Source: an uncultured Bdellovibrionales bacterium (GTDB lineage Bacteria > Bdellovibrionota_C > UBA2361 > SZUA-149). From it: a stretch of 16,557 bases of DNA. The stretch spans positions 1 through 16,557 of the forward strand of contig CAYGNZ010000015.1 in assembly GCA_964351345.1 (NCBI GenBank), read 5' to 3'. A program made the position numbers and the translations under genes. Below, piece after piece: positions 7,421 to 12,882 of the stretch; the first letter of the stretch is position 1, and each line of letters opens with the position of its first letter. A model generated the notes under the pieces. That model was not told the origin of the DNA, did no database searches, and worked only from the letters and a program-made list of their open reading frames with translations.

Positions 7421-8422
7421 TCACGCTTGCTTCAGCTGCTCCGGCACGAGTGTACGTGCCGTCTGTGCCGCGATGAAATTCAACACCGGCGCGAGGTAAC
7501 GCAGGCCTGGTGTAAACTGCAGCGCTCTTCCTCCCTCCGTAGCAGCAACATTTAGAATATCTCGAAGACTGAAGTCAGACTGCGCAAGTCGCTCTGAGAC
7601 TCGGCGCAACTCACTCCAAAGTCCCGCAGAAAGCGTCGTTGCACTTTCTAGTACAGACGCAGTTTTTGGCGAAACCGCTGCAATCCCCTGCACGGCCAGC
7701 GAGAGTGGATCAAATACTGCTGCAATTTTTGCAAAATCTCCGAACGCCCCCCGGAGAAATGATCCAATGCCTCCACTCTTCTTGTAGTAGTAGGACACAG
7801 GAACGGTCTCACCTGTGGGCGTGTCCTTAAGCTCAAGAACATAATAGCGACGTCCATCCTTGATACGAATTCTATCACTCGGATTCTCCAAGAACTGTGC
7901 GAGTTCTTGTTCATATTCCGCAATGAAGTCATTCACCCAGCGGTCGATGTTCTCATTTGCAACTGAACTCTGATCGCTTCGCGCGGGGAGCTTACTGACT
8001 TCAATGCCGAGCGCGAGACTAATTTCTGCCAACTTCCTATTCTGTTCAGGTGTCAGCAAGGGGTTTCGCAGACGAACAAAGCCAAGGGAGCTCCAGGCCA
8101 GAAATCCGTTCTCACTATCTCCAAGCCCGCCGTTTCTTTCCGTCGCGGCGGATACCTCTTGTTGCCAGGCAGGACTGAGGAAATTCGCAACTCCTGCAGC
8201 TGCAATCTCTCCGGCTGACTTCGGTGTGGGCACATATGCGGCAATATACTCTTGGGTGATGTTCTCAAACGAGAGTTCGGCGTCTGCAATGGAGAGGCTT
8301 TGGTAGGGACGCTCGGCGAGCACTGCTGAGCCGAACTGGGTAGTGCTCGGTGCTTGCGCAAGGTACTGCGCTAACCGAGGTGCAAGCGGAGGAGAAGTGG
8401 TGGCAATCGAAGAAGTCATCAT
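7421..8422 (-). CDS. Hypothetical protein, 333 aa, no recognisable domain
   Basis: Long ORF with coding-like composition, starting ATGATG with no obvious SD. Its stop is 8 bp from the stop of the convergent membrane-protein gene. Its 300-bp upstream region is shared divergently with the TerB-like gene. Confidence 0.65.
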   Translation of the reverse strand: MMTSSIATTSPPLAPRLAQYLAQAPSTTQFGSAVLAERPYQSLSIADAELSFENITQEYIAAYVPTPKSAGEIAAAGVANFLSPAWQQEVSAATERNGGLGDSENGFLAWSSLGFVRLRNPLLTPEQNRKLAEISLALGIEVSKLPARSDQSSVANENIDRWVNDFIAEYEQELAQFLENPSDRIRIKDGRRYYVLELKDTPTGETVPVSYYYKKSGGIGSFLRGAFGDFAKIAAVFDPLSLAVQGIAAVSPKTASVLESATTLSAGLWSELRRVSERLAQSDFSLRDILNVAATEGGRALQFTPGLRYLAPVLNFIAAQTARTLVPEQLKQA

Positions 8423-8549
8423 AGCAGGGACTCAGTAAAACGGTTTTTCTTCTGAACTAATCGCTGAGAGCGCCATTTAGTTGCGCTTTGCTGATAAATA
8501 CTAGCCCAGGCCACGCGATCGCAGCTGATACCCTCAGATAATGAGTAGG

Positions 8550-8559
8550 AATTGCAATT
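8550..8559. promoter_or_regulatory. Perfect 10-bp palindrome AATTGCAATT (followed by a related ATTGCtttCAAT half-site pair) in the divergent promoter region between the orphan gene (-) and the TerB-like gene (+); candidate operator
   Basis: Seen directly in the sequence. It lies ~130 bp upstream of the orphan gene start and ~165 bp upstream of the TerB gene start. No regulator is assigned. Confidence 0.2.
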
Positions 8560-8723
8560 ACTTATTGCTTTCAATATCCAGGTTCACGATAATCACGCCA
8601 CAAAGGTAAAGCGAAGTGGCCCGTTTCACCGATACTAGCAATGAATTTTGTCAGAGGAACCTGAGCGAGCATGCTGCGAGAATTCTCGCAGTAGCATCAA
8701 GAAAGGTTCAAAAAGGAGCTAGA

Positions 8724-9185
8724 ATGTTTAAAAACATGGACCAATTCCTCCAGGGAGCAGCCACGCTAGAGGTTGATGTTTCTGGTCAGCTCAGTCAACG
8801 CGATTTACAAATAAGCACTGCCGCACTTTTGCTCCAGATGGCGCATGCGGATGAAAAACTTACCAATGGTGAAATTGATGCCATGGTAAGCACGATGGAT
8901 AAATTATTTGTGCTCCAAGGGAATGTGGCGGGAGATTTACTCGAAGTCGCTGACTTCCTTCGTCGAGATCAAACTAAGCTTGATGATCTGCTCAAAGTCG
9001 TCAATAAGCGATTCGACGCCGCTCAAAAACAAACAATCGTCGCAATGCTCTGGAAAGTGATGAATGCAGACGGTTTTATTGACCCCTTTGAAGCGAATTT
9101 GGCCGCCGAGATCAGCATGAAGTTAGGGCTCAGTGTTGATGAGGTAAAAAAAGCTCAATCTCTCGCGGATACCGCACAAGTTTAA
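8724..9185 (+). CDS. TerB-like (tellurite-resistance TerB / DjlA N-terminal-like) helical domain protein
   Basis: 153 aa from ATG 8724, with a strong SD AAAAAGGAG (8710-8718) 5 nt upstream. The track ORF starts at an upstream GTG 8616 without an SD. Two TerB-type repeats with the acidic-glycine signature: LLLQMAHADEKLTNGEIDAM and LWKVMNADGFIDPFEANLAAEISMKLGLSVDEV. Confidence 0.75.
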   Translation: MFKNMDQFLQGAATLEVDVSGQLSQRDLQISTAALLLQMAHADEKLTNGEIDAMVSTMDKLFVLQGNVAGDLLEVADFLRRDQTKLDDLLKVVNKRFDAAQKQTIVAMLWKVMNADGFIDPFEANLAAEISMKLGLSVDEVKKAQSLADTAQV

Positions 9186-9232
9186 ACTGAAGTCTAGGAC
9201 CTTATTGATACACATAGCCGAGGAAGAAAAAC

Positions 9233-10279
9233 ATGGGTTTATGGGACGGGATAAAGGGTCAACTCCGATCGGTCATCGAATGGGAGAATGCCAGCAAAGA
9301 TGCGCTCTTTGAGCAGTGGACCTCCAACGGTGATGAAATAAAAAATGCTTCAAAGCTAATCGTCAAACCCGGGCAAGGTGTTATCTTCCTCTACGAAGGA
9401 AAAATAGAGGCCGTCCATACCGAAGAGGGCATGTTTGATCTTGCGACATCGAACATTCCGTTTTGGACAACGATTACGAAGTTCATGCAGGCGTTTGAGA
9501 GTGAGCATAAGGTCGGCATTTACTACTTCTGGAAAACGCAGTTTCTCGACCAGAAATGGGGCACTGCAACGCCGGTGAAATACGACGATCCGGTGTATAA
9601 GTTTCCTGTGTCCCTACGTGCCCATGGAAACTTTACCTTCCAAATTACCAAGCCTGAATTCTTTTTTGTGCAGGTAGTGGGAAGTGAGAAGCTGTATCCT
9701 GTAGCAACGGCTCGCCGAGTAATTACTGATCGTTTCATTCAGGAGCTGAGCGACCTTTTTGCAGAAGCAGGGCATAGCTACGCTGAGATTGATAAAAATC
9801 GAAACGAACTCTCGGCAGCACTGAAAGAAAAACTCCAGCCCGTGTTCGAGCCGCTTGGCTTTACCATGAATGACTTCAGAATCGAGGGCACGGACTTCGA
9901 CCAAGACACGCAAGCTCGTATCGCTAAAATCGCCGATATGACTGCTGAAGCCGAGGCGGCGAAACGGGCGGGAATTTCTTATGCAGAAATGCAACAACTC
10001 CATGCGCTTCGTGATGCAGCGAAGAACGAAGGTGGTCTTGCGGGAGCAGGAGTCGGGCTTGGAGCAGGAGTTGGGCTTGGCCAGGTATTTGCCGCAGGAA
10101 TGGCTGGCAATATGGCACAGGGCAACGCCGGCGCTCCAGCCGCAGCCGCAGCCGCAGCCGCAGCCGATGAGAATAGTCCTACCGCACGATTAAAGAAACT
10201 CAAGGACATGCTCGATGCCGAGCTAATCTCTCAAGAGGAGTTCGATAAGAAACGAGCTGAAATACTCGCTGCCCTTTAG
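9233..10279 (+). CDS. SPFH/Band-7 domain protein with C-terminal SHOCT domain (YdjI-like), with a Gly/Ala low-complexity linker
   Basis: SD GAGGAAG 6 nt upstream of ATG 9233. The N-terminus MGLWDGIKGQLRSVIEWEN...ALFEQW...IKNASKLIVKPGQ follows the conserved YdjI-type SPFH start (MGLFDKLKGE..IEW...LVW). The C-terminal TARLKKLKDMLDAELISQEEFDKKRAEILAAL is a SHOCT-type helix-turn. The linker contains GAGVGLGAGVGLG and A9. Confidence 0.9.
   Translation: MGLWDGIKGQLRSVIEWENASKDALFEQWTSNGDEIKNASKLIVKPGQGVIFLYEGKIEAVHTEEGMFDLATSNIPFWTTITKFMQAFESEHKVGIYYFWKTQFLDQKWGTATPVKYDDPVYKFPVSLRAHGNFTFQITKPEFFFVQVVGSEKLYPVATARRVITDRFIQELSDLFAEAGHSYAEIDKNRNELSAALKEKLQPVFEPLGFTMNDFRIEGTDFDQDTQARIAKIADMTAEAEAAKRAGISYAEMQQLHALRDAAKNEGGLAGAGVGLGAGVGLGQVFAAGMAGNMAQGNAGAPAAAAAAAAADENSPTARLKKLKDMLDAELISQEEFDKKRAEILAAL
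10043..10078 (+). repeat. Tandem 18-bp direct duplication (GGAGCAGGAGTCGGGCTT / GGAGCAGGAGTTGGGCTT) encoding GAGVGL x2 within the SPFH-SHOCT linker
   Basis: Two adjacent 18-bp units with 1 mismatch, seen directly. Confidence 0.85.
10137..10166 (+). repeat. (CAGCCG)5 hexanucleotide microsatellite encoding poly-Ala (PAAAAAAAAAAD) in the SPFH-SHOCT linker
   Basis: Five perfect tandem CAGCCG units, seen directly. In-frame coding repeat, not a CRISPR. Confidence 0.9.
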
Positions 10280-10284
10280 AGAAA

Positions 10285-10899
10285 ATGAGTTCTCAAAACT
10301 ATACTTGCCCATCGTGTAGTGCTCCGCTTGAAGTTGCGCATCGGTTTACCAAGCTCGTGATTTGTGCGTACTGCAACCAAGCCTCCTTGGTCACACCGAG
10401 CGGTCTTGATCCAAGCGGTGAGCAGGTCCCTCTGGCAGACTTCCCTTCTCGCTTTGCGATTGGCAAATCGGGCACACTCAATGGCGAGACATTTACGGTG
10501 CTGGGTCGTCTTCGCTACGGCTATGAGGGAGGATTTTGGGACGAGTGGTTTCTTTCATTCTCCGATGGGAAAAAGCGCTGGCTTCAAGAAGACGAAGGCG
10601 AACTGACGCTGTTTGAAAAAGAGTCGCTCACCGCTCCTGTGCCCGCTTTTAATGAGATCTCAGTGGGCTCACTACTCCCCGTGAATGAATTCAAGGTGTT
10701 TGTCACGGAGAAAAACAAAGCGAGTATTCGTGGCGGGGAAGGCGAGCTGTTTTTTACCGTGCAACCGGGAAGCACCGTGTATTGCATCGACGGCAACGCG
10801 GGAGGTGAACTCGTCTCCTTAGAGTTTAGCGATTCAGAAATTTGCTTTTCAAAAGGGAAAGAAATTTCACACGAATCTATCAATCTGGAAGATCAATGA
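10285..10899 (+). CDS. DUF4178-type protein with N-terminal zinc ribbon (CPSC...CAYC)
   Basis: Starts 5 bp after the SPFH stop. N-terminal YTCPSCSAPLEV...VICAYCNQASL zinc ribbon. Trp-rich core GETFTVLGRLRYGYEGGFWDEWFLSFSDGKKRWLQEDEGELTLF, which matches what I recall of the DUF4178 signature (G..Y.v.GR..Y....WdEw.L..dG...WLe.d). Confidence 0.75.
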   Translation: MSSQNYTCPSCSAPLEVAHRFTKLVICAYCNQASLVTPSGLDPSGEQVPLADFPSRFAIGKSGTLNGETFTVLGRLRYGYEGGFWDEWFLSFSDGKKRWLQEDEGELTLFEKESLTAPVPAFNEISVGSLLPVNEFKVFVTEKNKASIRGGEGELFFTVQPGSTVYCIDGNAGGELVSLEFSDSEICFSKGKEISHESINLEDQ

Positions 10900-12218
10900 A
10901 AATCGAGGCACTTCGTTGCTCAAAATGCGATTTGCCTTTGCATGTCTCTCCAAGAGATGGAGAGAGAATTACCTGCCCTGGCTGCGGAGCAGAGAACCAC
11001 TTTGACTGGGACTCTCTCCAAGCGGACGCCACCGCCGCCCCGGATCGATTCAAACCACGCTCCTTTATCTCGCTAGGCGCTTCCGGCACCTACCAGGCAA
11101 AAGCCGTGGAAGTAATTGGGCGAATTTGCAAGTCGGCATCTATCCGAGAATGGGACCCTGAGGATAGTCGGTACTATACCGAGCCCTGGGATTTCGATGT
11201 CTGGGTGCTCGTAGATCAAGATAAAAAATACCTCTACCTCTCAGAAGACGCCGAAGGCTACTCCATCTCGGAAGCCTTCACCCCGAGCAATCCCGAAATT
11301 CCCGTCACGGGTGCTCAGCAGATGACGCTTTTTACCGAACAGCCACAGCAACGGGTGTTAGAGGAAGCCACGGTTACCACCGAGTATTTCGAAGGGGAGT
11401 TTACCTGGACCCCACGACGAGGAGCGCTCTCGAAGTATTTTGAATACGGACACCGTGGTCTAACCTATAGCGTAGAGTGGAGCCTCGCTGAAGATGGACA
11501 GGCAATTGAAGAAGTCGAATTTTTTAAAACTACCCCCCTGAGTAAGCTCCAAGTAGCAGAAATTTTCGGCGAAGAATCTGTGCTTGAGGAAGAACGACAG
11601 AAGCTCGCCGCTGCCGCGCAAGCAAAGAAGTGGGGTAAAGCCTTTTTTGCAGTAGGCGCATTTATGGCGCTCTTGTTACTCGTCAGTTTTTTCCAGAGCG
11701 GCAAGCTCCTCGCCTCCTACAAAGTTCCCTTGGATAAGATTGGCGAAGCGGGAGTGATTCAAGGCCCGATAGAGCTGAAACAAACAGACAGCGTCTACCG
11801 GATTGTGATTAGCACCAGCATTCCTGATAATTCCTGGGCATGGGCCGCCTATGAAATACTCGACCACGAGCAAGCGGCAATTAACGCCGTTGAGGGAGAG
11901 TTTTGGCGTGAGTCTGGGAGAGACTCTGATGGGCCTTGGTCAGAGCAGGACACTGAAACAGACGATTATTTCCGATTAAGCGAGGCAGGGAAGTACTATG
12001 TGCGTATTTTTGCAGAAGCGGGCACAGCCCGCACCGGAACGGTCTCGGTAAAAGTATTTGAGGGAATTACCCTTAGTCGCTACTACTTTTTAGTGATGCT
12101 GATGTGTTTTGGTTATGGCTTTGCCATACTGCGGTATAAATCGCTCAAGCCGTGGTATCTGATCGTGGGTATCCTGGCACTCGGTTTTTTCATACTCTCA
12201 AACATGGGCGATGACTAG
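10896..12218 (+). CDS. Membrane-anchored DUF4178-like paralog: N-terminal zinc ribbon + DUF4178-like core + TM helix + ~140-aa extracytoplasmic/intervening domain + two C-terminal TM helices
   Basis: ATG 10896 overlaps the upstream TGA (ATGA), with SD GGAAG 5 nt upstream. The track ORF has an unlikely upstream extension. Zinc ribbon LRCSKCDLPLHV...ITCPGCGAENHF. Core YQAKAVEVIGRICKSASIREWDPEDSRYYTEPWDFDVWVLVDQDKKYLYLSEDAEGYSISEAF, parallel to the W/E pattern of the preceding gene. TM helices WGKAFFAVGAFMALLLLVSFF, YYFLVMLMCFGYGFAIL and WYLIVGILALGFFIL. Confidence 0.8.
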   Translation: MKIEALRCSKCDLPLHVSPRDGERITCPGCGAENHFDWDSLQADATAAPDRFKPRSFISLGASGTYQAKAVEVIGRICKSASIREWDPEDSRYYTEPWDFDVWVLVDQDKKYLYLSEDAEGYSISEAFTPSNPEIPVTGAQQMTLFTEQPQQRVLEEATVTTEYFEGEFTWTPRRGALSKYFEYGHRGLTYSVEWSLAEDGQAIEEVEFFKTTPLSKLQVAEIFGEESVLEEERQKLAAAAQAKKWGKAFFAVGAFMALLLLVSFFQSGKLLASYKVPLDKIGEAGVIQGPIELKQTDSVYRIVISTSIPDNSWAWAAYEILDHEQAAINAVEGEFWRESGRDSDGPWSEQDTETDDYFRLSEAGKYYVRIFAEAGTARTGTVSVKVFEGITLSRYYFLVMLMCFGYGFAILRYKSLKPWYLIVGILALGFFILSNMGDD

Positions 12219-12220
12219 CG

Positions 12221-12454
12221 ATGAACGGACTATCAAAACTTTTTGCTGCAACGCTGCTCGCCTCTGCCGTAGGACTTCCCTACTTTGCCTCGACCCGTGG
12301 CTGGGGTGTGGGCACCGAGCGTAGTGCGCGCATCATGAGAGAACTGCAAAAAACATGTGTACAAAAAGATGCCTTTGGTAACTGCGCTCGAAGTCACCGC
12401 AGTTACTTCTACGGCAGGAGCCTCCGTGGAGGAGGCCCTCGATTCGGCAAGTAG
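12221..12454 (+). CDS. Small hypothetical protein (77 aa) with hydrophobic N-terminus (signal peptide or TM) and Arg/Gly-rich basic C-terminus
   Basis: ATG 2 bp after the upstream TAG, co-directional within the operon. N-terminus LSKLFAATLLASAVGLPYFAST. It fills the only gap (12219-12523) in the cluster. No family recognised. Could be a spurious ORF. Confidence 0.35.
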   Translation: MNGLSKLFAATLLASAVGLPYFASTRGWGVGTERSARIMRELQKTCVQKDAFGNCARSHRSYFYGRSLRGGGPRFGK

Positions 12455-12523
12455 CATAGAAACAATTAAGAACAAGGCCAACTGAGCAACATCAGCGAAA
12501 ACGAACTTACGAAGGAGAGCCTC

Positions 12524-12829
12524 ATGAAACTAAAATCTTTGCCCCTACTTTCCGCCCTGGCTGCATTCAGCTTCAATATGCTCAGCGCCTCTGCGGCACA
12601 GGCTGCGACAGTGGTCACTGGCGAGCCTCTCGTTGATGGCGTCGTACTGACCGTACTCTATAGTGTGGTGGGTATCATCATGACCTTTGTTGCCTACAAA
12701 GTGGTAGACTTAATCACTCCAGGCGATCTCTCTGCCGATATCGGTAAAGGCAATGTCGCCCTTGCGATACTCACCGGCTGCTTCGTCCTCGGCATTTCAA
12801 TTATCATCGCAGCAGCAATTGTCGGCTAG
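12524..12829 (+). CDS. DUF350 family small membrane protein (YjfL-like) with N-terminal signal/TM segment
   Basis: Strong SD GAAGGAGAG 4 nt upstream of ATG 12524. 101 aa with a C-terminal DUF350 signature VDLITPGDLSADIGKGNVALAILTGCFVLGISIIIAAAIVG (the I-T-P-x-D-E/L...GN-A-A...G pattern as I recall it from YjfL-family proteins). Confidence 0.75.
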   Translation: MKLKSLPLLSALAAFSFNMLSASAAQAATVVTGEPLVDGVVLTVLYSVVGIIMTFVAYKVVDLITPGDLSADIGKGNVALAILTGCFVLGISIIIAAAIVG

Positions 12830-12882
12830 CATGCGGGGCGGAGAAACACACACTCGCTCGCCTCATTGCACCTAAAGACTGT

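Noticed and set aside
8616-8723. GTG start at 8616 for the TerB-like gene (36-aa N-terminal extension)
   Set aside because: A canonical AAGGAG SD sits 5 nt before ATG 8724. The extension has no SD and no TerB-like sequence.
10137-10166. Tandem hexamer repeats considered as a possible CRISPR or mini-satellite locus
   Set aside because: The unit is only 6 bp with no spacers, and it lies in-frame within a coding linker. It is a coding microsatellite.
9979-10209. Minus-strand 76-aa ORF rich in poly-Ala/Pro
   Set aside because: It is the antisense reading of the GCAGCC and GGAGCAGGAG repeats within the SPFH-SHOCT linker. It is not an independent gene.
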